From an uncultured Verrucomicrobiota bacterium (lineage in GTDB: Bacteria; Verrucomicrobiota; Verrucomicrobiia; Limisphaerales; UBA8199), in contig CAYNZC010000003.1 in NCBI GenBank assembly GCA_964401575.1, positions 200-64,199 of the forward strand: 64,000 bases of DNA, read 5' to 3'. Position 1 is the first letter of the stretch, and each line of letters opens with the position of its first letter. The notes beneath the pieces are model-generated. The model was not told where the DNA came from. It worked only from the letters and a program-made list of their open reading frames with translations, and did not search any database. This document shows, piece after piece, positions 56,158 to 64,000 of the stretch. Both the position numbers and the translations under genes were made by a program.

Positions 56158-59100
56158 CTAGGGCGCCGGCGGGGTCAAATACACCTGCCCGGCAGTGGAG
56201 CCAATCATGAACTGACCGGCTCCGTAATTCTGTTCCTGGAGCAACGCCCCGAGGAAACTCACCGGCCTTCCGGTCGCCGGGTTTGTAAATTTTCCCTGGA
56301 ATAATCCGCTCCCGGGGATCAGCCGCAGCGCAAGCCCGGAACCCCGGGGGAATGACGCCTGGTTCGCGTTGCCGATGACAATATTGGTGGAGACCATCGG
56401 CACCCCGGCTCCCAGATACACAAGCCGGCCATGCGCGCCGGCGCTGCTCTGGAATAGATCGATAGCCTGCTCGCCCGCTTTGGGCCTTACGTAACGCGAA
56501 CCCTCAACCACGCACTCGTTGGTGAAGACTCCGGACTTGATCCAAACCAGGTTGCCGCCCAGATCATTCGTGCCAAACTGCAGCCAACTGATGGCCATGG
56601 ACGAACTCCTGGCACTGTAGGTGTAGAAGGGCCACACGCCTTCGGATGAAACCGCGGCTGTTTGGGTAGCTTTAACGCCATCCCCCAGCCGTCCGCTCCA
56701 AACCACGGACCCGAGCGGGGTCACAAGGACGGTGCCATATCCGCAACCGGTGTCTCCAACCGCAGGAATGACCATGGTGTAACGCCCCTGGAACGGACTC
56801 TTGTTCCTGGCGTTGGCCTGGAGCTTGTCGGCGATCCAGGTCGCGCTCCAACTTCCGCCGTTCACTGCGCCCTCGATCCTGGCATCGTTATCATCCACTT
56901 CGAAGGATATCGAGAGCGGCGTATTGCCAACCCGGCGCACGTAGTTCGTGCCGGTCTTATTGACGAGGCGTCCGGCAAAAGCATGGGAACGACCCGCAAC
57001 CCTGGCCAATCCGCTGTAGGTTCCACGGCTGTTCACCGTGATTCTGCAAAAGCCCGAACTCGGCAGCGCCACGGCTTCCTCGTTATAGAACAGTCCATAA
57101 TAGGATCCCGCCGTAGTGACTGGCCCGGTGTAGGGCGCCTGGGGCTCCGGGTACTCGATGGTCGGCAATTCGTCCCCCGCTGGCGGGTTCGTAACCGTCC
57201 CGCCGCCATCATCGCCGCCCGGAGGGACAACGATGTTCGTCGGGGAAACCACCTGCTGCGTCCACAAATCCTGGATGCGCACCGGCGACGGATCCCAGTA
57301 GTTGGGCACGCCGTCACCGTCACTGTCGAGTTGCTGGCTGATCGCCGTTGCGTAGTTCACCATGTTCGTGCGGCCGTCATAAACCATGTTGGTCGAGGAG
57401 AAATAGCCCGAATAGCCGCCGACCCAGCAGAATCCATTCTGCCTCGGAACATCGGAGTTCAGGCGTTCGGAAATGTCCACGCCGTTCGCCGTGGCCTGCG
57501 CGAAGTAAAGCTTGAAGCCCCCCATCAACTCGACGCCTTGGGAACCGTCTCCATAAAGAGGGATGTCCGCCGGGAAGTTCACAAACTCGAGGCGATCCAC
57601 ATACAACGCGTTATTTCCGGTCGTGCCCGCGAACCGGAACACACTGCTCTGCCCGCCATCAAGCACCATCCGGCCCACTGCGGCGTTGTTCACAAATCCG
57701 GTCACACTGCAACCATTATTCGTCGCGCCCCACTGGACGAGAACCGGCGCATAGGGATGAGCGGTATTGGTGATCGTGGTTGCCAGCAGGCTTGACCACT
57801 TGGGCAGTTGCTTGAGCGTCACGCCCGCGCCCGTAGCCCAGACGTTCTTGTTGGTAACATTCTCGACCATGGCCATCAGGGAGCCGTCATCCAGGACATC
57901 CGACACATCCATCACAATCGCCCGGGCCGCATTGAGGACCTGGTTGCTCACCGTCAGGCTCTTGCTTTCGAAAGAGATGTCGGCATTCGGAGCATCCCAA
58001 AATCCGTTGCTCACGTTCGCAGAAACCGATCGGACCGAGATCGGCCCGAAGTTGCCAAACACAGATCCGTCGTTTTCGTAATAGTTCGCCCAGGTTCGGC
58101 TGCCTTGAGAGTTGATCTCCCCATGGTTCACGAAAGCGTTATACGGTCCGGAAAAGTCCTCAGCCAGCCACGGCGGCACCGGTCCCTTTCCAAAAAAGAG
58201 GGTGTTCGAGGAGGTGATGCTTCCCCAGTTCGTCAGGTACAGCAGCGAGGGGAAATTCGCGCTCCAGATCAGGTCGGAGTTCAGCAGGTGTATTCCGCCC
58301 GTCCTGGTGCCTTCGCCGTGAATGGTCACGCGCTCGGCATCCACCAGCAAATCTCCCTGGACATACAGAGGATCAGAAATCTCAAGCTCAGCCGCTTTGA
58401 GCCCCAGTTCTGTGAATTTCGATGATATGCCGGCCTGGAAACGGTTTTCCACGATGACCACGTTATACGTGAGGATCCCGATGGCGGAGGCATTGGTCCA
58501 TGCGCCACTCCAAACCTCGAGGTCGCCCACGATCTTGCGAACTGCCGGCGCCACCAACCCGTCGATCTTCATCAGATTATTGGTGCTGGCCAGGTTCATG
58601 GACAGGAAGGGCACATCAATGAATGCGCCCTCGTTGCCGACAAAATGTTTCGGGCAATCCACGCTGAGATATCCTGCGCCGGAGATTCGAGTATCCGTCA
58701 GGTCCAAAACGTCTTTGGCGGTGATCTCGATGCGCCCGGCCAGATTTGAATAGGTGGCGCCGGAAAGAGCCGGGTCAATACGGAAGGGCTCGGCGGTAAT
58801 CTCCGCCCCGTAGGCGCTGTAGCGCACCTGTGGTTGGTTGGTTCCGATGAATAACGCCGGGTCCAGAACGGACGGCGGCATTTCGGTCATGAAGTCCCAG
58901 AAGGGATACTCTCCATAAATGCGGTAGTTCGCCGGACGGTAAGTCGTCGGAGAGCCGTAGCGCATGACCAGGTATTCAGGATTCCCGACGGGTTCCGTCA
59001 CGAGATACAAACGGTTCGTGTAGGGCAGATCATTGACATCGTTCATCACGGATTCCCAGCGGACCGCTTTCGTGGAAGGTCCGTCCAGTTGATCGAAACG

Positions 59101-59943
59101 CACTGCCGCGCTGATATCGGGGTTGTGATGCCCGAGCACCAGGATATCAACGAAGTAATTGCTTACGCCCCGCTGAGCAACGTTCACATAGGCAGTAATA
59201 TCGTTCGTAATCTGGAACGCATACATGGTGTTCATGTAGTAAAAACCGTCGAACATCGTCACCGGGCTGAAGGACGAGGAGACATACGTGGGGGTGAAAG
59301 TTGCCGTGAGGGCGTTTGTGCCCGTGCCCCAGTACTCGTCCTGCACACCGGGTTGCGGTGTCGCATAGGAGTTGGTGCCGGAGCCGAACTGAACTTCGCT
59401 CTCCTGCTGCACCCCCAGGAAGCCACGGGAAAGGTCCACGTTGTTACCGTCCAACCGCATGTAACCCGCGCTTCCAATGATCAACGACCCGGTGTTCACG
59501 ATATTCGTCGCTTTTACGTAAAGCTCCATATCTCCGAATATCAGCGTGTTGGTGCCGTTGACGCTGTGCCCGTTGAAAAAGTTCGCCGCGGGCAGTTGCC
59601 ACAGAAGACCCTCGGGCGCTGTGCTCTTGTAATCAAAACGGAATCCCGGCAAACCGGCCATAATCCCGTAATTCGTGTAGTTCAGCGTGTTCCACGTCTC
59701 GTAAGGATACTCCCAATACCAATAGAGGTTCTGGCGTGTGCCGAAGATGTAGAAGTCAAAATAATTGCTGATCCCGAAACTGCCGGAGTTGATGAACGTG
59801 GTGGCGTCAATTCGCGGTCCGATCTCCGGGTAAGTGGCACTCACGACTCCCGAGTTGTGATAGACCGGTGTGGCCGCCGCCCCGTGCGAAACAGCGGGCA
59901 CGAGCAGCAGGCCGGCAATGACAGACAGAAAGATCCGTTTCAT
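56158..59943 (-). CDS. Large secreted hypothetical protein; N-terminal ~900 aa of unrecognised, possibly beta-helical fold; TSP3-like Ca-binding motif; C-terminal ~316-aa domain shared with gene 62285-64000
   Basis: Signal peptide MKRIFLSVIAGLLLVPAVSHG at ATG 59943; GTG 59976 would overlap the upstream stop. DSDGDGVPNYWDP at 57289-57327. Shared C-terminal motifs are GRYTMVIP, GCGYGTV, WPFY, ISWLQ..NDLGGNLVWIK, GSRYVRP, GLFQGKFTNP and LLQEQNYGAGQF. Confidence 0.75.
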   Translation of the reverse strand: MKRIFLSVIAGLLLVPAVSHGAAATPVYHNSGVVSATYPEIGPRIDATTFINSGSFGISNYFDFYIFGTRQNLYWYWEYPYETWNTLNYTNYGIMAGLPGFRFDYKSTAPEGLLWQLPAANFFNGHSVNGTNTLIFGDMELYVKATNIVNTGSLIIGSAGYMRLDGNNVDLSRGFLGVQQESEVQFGSGTNSYATPQPGVQDEYWGTGTNALTATFTPTYVSSSFSPVTMFDGFYYMNTMYAFQITNDITAYVNVAQRGVSNYFVDILVLGHHNPDISAAVRFDQLDGPSTKAVRWESVMNDVNDLPYTNRLYLVTEPVGNPEYLVMRYGSPTTYRPANYRIYGEYPFWDFMTEMPPSVLDPALFIGTNQPQVRYSAYGAEITAEPFRIDPALSGATYSNLAGRIEITAKDVLDLTDTRISGAGYLSVDCPKHFVGNEGAFIDVPFLSMNLASTNNLMKIDGLVAPAVRKIVGDLEVWSGAWTNASAIGILTYNVVIVENRFQAGISSKFTELGLKAAELEISDPLYVQGDLLVDAERVTIHGEGTRTGGIHLLNSDLIWSANFPSLLYLTNWGSITSSNTLFFGKGPVPPWLAEDFSGPYNAFVNHGEINSQGSRTWANYYENDGSVFGNFGPISVRSVSANVSNGFWDAPNADISFESKSLTVSNQVLNAARAIVMDVSDVLDDGSLMAMVENVTNKNVWATGAGVTLKQLPKWSSLLATTITNTAHPYAPVLVQWGATNNGCSVTGFVNNAAVGRMVLDGGQSSVFRFAGTTGNNALYVDRLEFVNFPADIPLYGDGSQGVELMGGFKLYFAQATANGVDISERLNSDVPRQNGFCWVGGYSGYFSSTNMVYDGRTNMVNYATAISQQLDSDGDGVPNYWDPSPVRIQDLWTQQVVSPTNIVVPPGGDDGGGTVTNPPAGDELPTIEYPEPQAPYTGPVTTAGSYYGLFYNEEAVALPSSGFCRITVNSRGTYSGLARVAGRSHAFAGRLVNKTGTNYVRRVGNTPLSISFEVDDNDARIEGAVNGGSWSATWIADKLQANARNKSPFQGRYTMVIPAVGDTGCGYGTVLVTPLGSVVWSGRLGDGVKATQTAAVSSEGVWPFYTYSARSSSMAISWLQFGTNDLGGNLVWIKSGVFTNECVVEGSRYVRPKAGEQAIDLFQSSAGAHGRLVYLGAGVPMVSTNIVIGNANQASFPRGSGLALRLIPGSGLFQGKFTNPATGRPVSFLGALLQEQNYGAGQFMIGSTAGQVYLTPPAP

Positions 59944-59972
59944 ATGCAACAAAGGTATCATGGATCGGGCAA

Positions 59973-62288
59973 TCACGGGTTGATGTTGAGCGTCAGGGTC
60001 CTGGTCGTCGAGCGTCCGCCCGCCTCCGTGACTGTGACTGAAAATGTATATGTGCCCGCCTCCGCAGGAATGCCCGAGATGGCTCCGGTTGCCGTGAGGG
60101 CAAGGCCCGCGGGCATCGGCGCGGAATCAACGTGGGGCGTCCAGATGTATGGAGCCTGGCCTCCCGCAACCTCGATCTGCTGAGTATAAGGCACACCGAC
60201 ACTCGCATCGGGCAGCTCATACGTCAGGATCTGGAACAGCAAAATCTGCTCGATATCCTGCACGGTCGTGCCTTGCGGGTAGATTACAGGCTCGTTTGTG
60301 GTGCCATCGAAGCTGCCCCAGATAAAGTTCGTGTAAGCCAGCGCCTGGCCAAGGCCAACCTCCACGGTGTTGGTCTCGTAAAAGTTAATCAGCAGCGGCC
60401 CAACCCGGTTGTAGGTGATTTCCACCGTTGGATCAATCACCCCGGGACCGGCAAGATCCGTCAGCACACCGTTCGTCGTGTATCTCGGGACGGTGCGCCT
60501 CAACACAAACTCGGCGACATCGAAGCTGCTGAACAGGAAATCCGGCTGGGTCACAATGCGTCTCACGGTCCGGGTGCGCTCCATCGAGTTCGTCACCTCG
60601 GTCAGCGGGTAATAGTTCGTGATTGGACGGTAGAAACGGCCAAGAAGCGAATCGTAACTTGTCCGGACAAACTGGATCCGGTCAATGCCGCGGAAGAGCG
60701 ATGAGGAATTCGTCGTGTTGCACTCGACGGGGTATGCCACCCACACGCGGTTGCTCTCGACATTGATGAGGTTCTGAGTGTACTGCGGCAGCCGCACATC
60801 GTTCGTGATGGCGACAGCATTCGTGCCGAACACATTCGTCGTGCTGACCAGTGAATTTGTCACCCAGGTCACCAGCGTGGCCTGCAATCCAAGGATATCC
60901 AGGCTGCAGGCGTTCGTCGGCAGAATGACAAAGTCTCCCGCATAACCCGGCCGGTAAACCGTCTTGAGGGTGTGATTCGTCACCAACTGGAAATTTGCAA
61001 CCGCGTTGCTCCCTGTGTTGTTCGTGCCGCCGTAAATCGGGGCCCAGGGCGCGTTGGTGATCGCAACCGTTTCCAGCCGCACACGCATACGATCCGTTTC
61101 CTTCGGAAGCGCCCCCAAAGGCTCCAGCCGCGTGCCGCCCGGTGTCTCGACCACCCGGAACGCGTTCCCGAAGGTGTGGATGTAATGTGTCTGGATTGTC
61201 AGCACCAGGTTCGTGGCAAAGCGCAGCACCGGCGGGGCGCCCACGGGTGTCCACGGACCAATGTTCGTAAAGTAAGCCGTGATATTTGTCACCCAAACGT
61301 TCGTGAATATGTTCGTGGTGGATGTGACGAGCAGCCCCGGGTAAAGCGTCTCAAGGCCCACCGCGGTGTTGGTCAACGCCGCCTGCGCGAAACCCCAGAG
61401 ATTCGAGGAGAACACCAACTGCGCCTGGCTGGTATTGGTATAGAACATTTCAGAACCCGCCGGAGCCGTCTCCCAGTTCACGTTGTTGGTGCCATAGAGA
61501 TACCGGAGCCCGCCGATGTCATCCTGCGTGAGCGAAAGCGCAAAGGCGCCGTCCCGCAGAGTGTAGGTCGAGGCCAGGGGCGTGTTCGGCGGAGCCAGCG
61601 GATCCACCGGGAAATTGTCGGTAACAGCCAGCGGATTTTCTCCCGTGCATTTCTCGAAGATGGTGTAGCTGTATAAAACTCCGTTGATGTAAGGGGATGG
61701 ATTGTACGTTAACGGATCAAAGTTCCGCATGATCACGAAGTAATACATCCAGGGGCAGTTCAACGGAGCCTGTGGCCGGCGATCCCTTAGCGTCCAAACC
61801 CAGCGTATAGGGTCGGCCAACCCAAGTTCTTCCAGCATCACCATGGCCGTTGCGGTCTTCAGATCCAGCAGCACCAACTGCTCGGCGCGTGGATTGATCC
61901 GGATGGAATCGAGCGGGAACTCCGAAGGGTTCAGCCCGGAAAACCCGGCATTCGTCAACGAGTTGAGCATCTCGATCGCGCTTTCGACCGCCGCCATGCC
62001 CGTTGTTCCGAAGTACTCGATAAAGTTCTGGTCAAACGCGTAGTACAACACCGGGGTGTTGTAACGATACTCCTCGCCCAGGTTCTTGGGAGCGCCAACA
62101 TCATCGCCAATGTTGTAGCCGATAACGGGTTGCTGGTATGCCTCGTTCACAGGGCCCAGCAGCGAAAATGCCGATCCTGTTTGGACACTGATCACCGCAA
62201 CGAGCGCAAACGCTAATTGCTTGAGCGGCCTTACGATGGACTGTTCTGACGCGAATTGCATGATCGGGAAAGGTAAACGTCTATTCAT
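59973..62288 (-). CDS. Secreted hypothetical protein (771 aa) with a C-terminal He_PIG-type putative Ig domain
   Basis: The ATG overlaps the upstream stop (ATGA at 62285-62288). Hydrophobic signal-like segment LKQLAFALVAVISVQTGSAFS. The last ~85 aa are LPDASVGVPYTQQIEVAGGQAPYIWTP...GLALTATGAISGIPAEAGTYTFSVTVTEAGG. The rest is unrecognised. Confidence 0.75.
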   Translation of the reverse strand: MNRRLPFPIMQFASEQSIVRPLKQLAFALVAVISVQTGSAFSLLGPVNEAYQQPVIGYNIGDDVGAPKNLGEEYRYNTPVLYYAFDQNFIEYFGTTGMAAVESAIEMLNSLTNAGFSGLNPSEFPLDSIRINPRAEQLVLLDLKTATAMVMLEELGLADPIRWVWTLRDRRPQAPLNCPWMYYFVIMRNFDPLTYNPSPYINGVLYSYTIFEKCTGENPLAVTDNFPVDPLAPPNTPLASTYTLRDGAFALSLTQDDIGGLRYLYGTNNVNWETAPAGSEMFYTNTSQAQLVFSSNLWGFAQAALTNTAVGLETLYPGLLVTSTTNIFTNVWVTNITAYFTNIGPWTPVGAPPVLRFATNLVLTIQTHYIHTFGNAFRVVETPGGTRLEPLGALPKETDRMRVRLETVAITNAPWAPIYGGTNNTGSNAVANFQLVTNHTLKTVYRPGYAGDFVILPTNACSLDILGLQATLVTWVTNSLVSTTNVFGTNAVAITNDVRLPQYTQNLINVESNRVWVAYPVECNTTNSSSLFRGIDRIQFVRTSYDSLLGRFYRPITNYYPLTEVTNSMERTRTVRRIVTQPDFLFSSFDVAEFVLRRTVPRYTTNGVLTDLAGPGVIDPTVEITYNRVGPLLINFYETNTVEVGLGQALAYTNFIWGSFDGTTNEPVIYPQGTTVQDIEQILLFQILTYELPDASVGVPYTQQIEVAGGQAPYIWTPHVDSAPMPAGLALTATGAISGIPAEAGTYTFSVTVTEAGGRSTTRTLTLNINP

Positions 62289-64000
62289 GGCGTCGGGCTG
62301 GACAGGCCGACCTGTCCGCTTGCATTGTTGTATTGGAAGTAACCGGCGCCGAGATTCTGGTTCTGCAACAGGACGCCACGGAAGGTGATCCTTGTCCGCG
62401 TGCCCGGCCGGGTAAAGGAGCCCTGGAAGACTCCCGTCGCCGGGTTCACGGTAGCCCGGATGCCGTTGCTCTCGGGGTCCGCAAACCGATGCCTGGCGTC
62501 AATCGAAGCCATGTTCCTGAGGCCGCCCGCGAGGTCCGCGCCGGTGAAGACGAATTCACATCGGCCGTCTGAGAGATCGAGCACGCGACTTCCCGTCGCC
62601 GGTCTCACATACGGCGAACCGGTCACCCGGCACATCACGGCGAATCCGTTTGGATAATACTTTGTCTTGCTGGCGGGCTTGATCCAAAGCAGATCGCCGC
62701 CCACATCGTTGGTGCTCAACTGCACCCAGCTCAAGACCACCCCGCGCCTGGAATAAGGCGCGCCGTAGAACGGCCACATCCCGTTCTTCGACACCGCGCT
62801 GCTCTGGGTGAGGGTTGTGCCATCCGCCAGTTTTCCCGCAAAGGCAACCCTGCCGGCCGTGGAGATAGTCAAAGTTCCATAACCCGAGCCCTCGGGGCAT
62901 GCCGGCTGCAGCTCCGGCGGCGATATCAACACGGTATATCTTCCCGCCAGGTCGCAGGGGTTGCTTACCCTGTTGAAGACCAGCCTCTCCGCCAAAAACT
63001 CCATAAAATTCGCGTCCTCTTCAATGCTGCCGACCAACTGGTCCGAGCCAAACAGGTCCATGTGCAGCCGGACGAAAACCGGCGTGCGGTTCCTCCCGCG
63101 CGAGATCTGTTTCTCGGCATTCCCGGACTCATCGAACACACCTGAGAAAGCGTAGGTGCGCGTTCCGAGGCGGATCTGCACACTGTATCTCTTTGTGGAG
63201 GTGGTTGACGCCGTGACGTAGCCGGAGGTGCCCGCCGTTACGTTTGTGCTGTTATATACCAAACCCTGGTACGAACCCGCTGCGCGCTCGAAGGGATTGG
63301 AAACCTGACCGTCCGTTCCCGGGACAACGGGGAAAGGCAGAATCGGCTCGTTCCCGGCAATCACGGGGCCTCCGCCGGAATCCGTTGTGTTGGTGGGGCC
63401 AACGAATACCGGGCCGGCATAATTGGTTGCCAGCGCCAGGGGCTCGAACCCGGGCAATGCATACAGCCTGGAACAAACTTCCACGGATACCCGCTCCTGG
63501 ATCTGCGTCGTCCGCCACAGGGTCATAAACCGCCCAAAGGCGTCGGCAACAACCGCCGGCTGGTTCTGGTCAAGCCGGGTGGTCGAGTTCACCTGGAACT
63601 CGTCGCCCATCGGCTGGAAACCCTGCCCGAAGAACCGGCCAAATACGCCGTCTCTCGATCCGTCCTGGCCGACACTCGTCCAAACGACAAGCATATCCTG
63701 GCCAAGCACGGCAATGCCGGGACCGAACTGGGACCCGCGTTCGCGGCTGTTCACTCGAATGACCGATCCGGCCGCCGGCGAGTACGCCCGGGCCATGACG
63801 TCCCATGGATTCACCAGGTTCTGGGGGTCTCCCTGACTCCAGGCCACAACGAATCCGCCATTGAGATCGGCCGCAACCGCCGGGTTGGCGCAAATCAAGG
63901 CATCGGCGTTCACAAGAAACTCGTTCCCGCGCGGCTGCGCCGTTTCATCCAGCAGTCGGGCGTAAATATCCACGCTGGGTTGCGCCTGCGACCCCGCGAA
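62285..64000 (-). CDS. Secreted repeat protein, 5' end beyond the window; ~55-aa repeats (GxEFxVN...P.VA....G.FVV.W) followed by the ~330-aa domain shared with gene 56158-59943
   Basis: The frame stays open from 63973 to 64000 (FAGSQAQPS-VDIYARLL...), so the listed GTG start is internal. Repeats are NEFLVNADALICANPAVAADLNGGFVVAWS, IRVNSRERGSQFGPGIAVLGQDMLVVWTS and DEFQVNSTTRLDQNQPAVVADAFGRFMTLW. Confidence 0.72.
   Translation of the reverse strand, partial: FAGSQAQPSVDIYARLLDETAQPRGNEFLVNADALICANPAVAADLNGGFVVAWSQGDPQNLVNPWDVMARAYSPAAGSVIRVNSRERGSQFGPGIAVLGQDMLVVWTSVGQDGSRDGVFGRFFGQGFQPMGDEFQVNSTTRLDQNQPAVVADAFGRFMTLWRTTQIQERVSVEVCSRLYALPGFEPLALATNYAGPVFVGPTNTTDSGGGPVIAGNEPILPFPVVPGTDGQVSNPFERAAGSYQGLVYNSTNVTAGTSGYVTASTTSTKRYSVQIRLGTRTYAFSGVFDESGNAEKQISRGRNRTPVFVRLHMDLFGSDQLVGSIEEDANFMEFLAERLVFNRVSNPCDLAGRYTVLISPPELQPACPEGSGYGTLTISTAGRVAFAGKLADGTTLTQSSAVSKNGMWPFYGAPYSRRGVVLSWVQLSTNDVGGDLLWIKPASKTKYYPNGFAVMCRVTGSPYVRPATGSRVLDLSDGRCEFVFTGADLAGGLRNMASIDARHRFADPESNGIRATVNPATGVFQGSFTRPGTRTRITFRGVLLQNQNLGAGYFQYNNASGQVGLSSPTP

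Noticed and set aside
40805-60183. Long plus-strand ORFs inside the giant genes (40805-42109, 46714-47739, 50080-51177, 51616-52674, 54772-55986, 56662-57795, 59089-60183)
   Set aside because: All are antisense shadows of minus-strand genes that carry clear repeat and domain signatures. Their translations are R/H/G/D-rich and have no repeats that mirror the domain periodicity.

Overview
GC-rich chromosomal segment. Its gene content points to the PVC superphylum, most likely Verrucomicrobiota. That placement is an inference from an H-X9-DG pseudopilin, a DUF2723-TPR membrane protein, giant Calx-beta/delta-60/DUF11 exoproteins and recurring C-terminal '...W...FYRL'-type modules. Bases 1-40 kb hold mostly ordinary genes. 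Housekeeping genes are dnaG, mutY, rnhC, prmC, murA, rbsK with a sugar transporter, and tRNA-Asn(GUU). Envelope and secreted-protein genes are the pseudopilin, a LamG/Ig protein, an FG-GAP protein, a secreted nitrilase-superfamily enzyme, a FadL-type porin, a GT2, an SGNH-like protein and a DUF2723 GT-C-like protein. Two tandem response-regulator paralogs sit at the left edge. A small decaying accessory patch at 27.1-29.4 kb contains an intact AAA+/PD-(D/E)xK ATPase (AAA_14/DUF4143 type). That gene is translationally coupled to a type I HsdR N-terminal nuclease-domain fragment. Bases 40-64 kb are the most unusual part. One minus-strand array of five tightly packed genes, partly overlapping by 4 bp, runs off the right edge and encodes roughly 8,000 aa of signal-peptide-bearing proteins. 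They comprise an M6 metalloprotease fused to three proprotein-convertase P-domains and DUF11 repeats, and a 3,111-aa Calx-beta/delta-60/P-domain protein. The other three proteins have little or no family I can recognise, and two of them share a ~320-aa C-terminal domain. Other non-genic signals are a dispersed structured repeat family at two loci (hairpin GGGACGA-N8-TCGTCCC), a 27-nt palindrome conserved after both regulator paralogs, and a histone-H1-like lysine tail fused in frame to a TIM-barrel enzyme. No CRISPR array, rRNA, transposase or integrase was seen. All calls rest on motif recognition by eye from the ORF translations; no database search was run.
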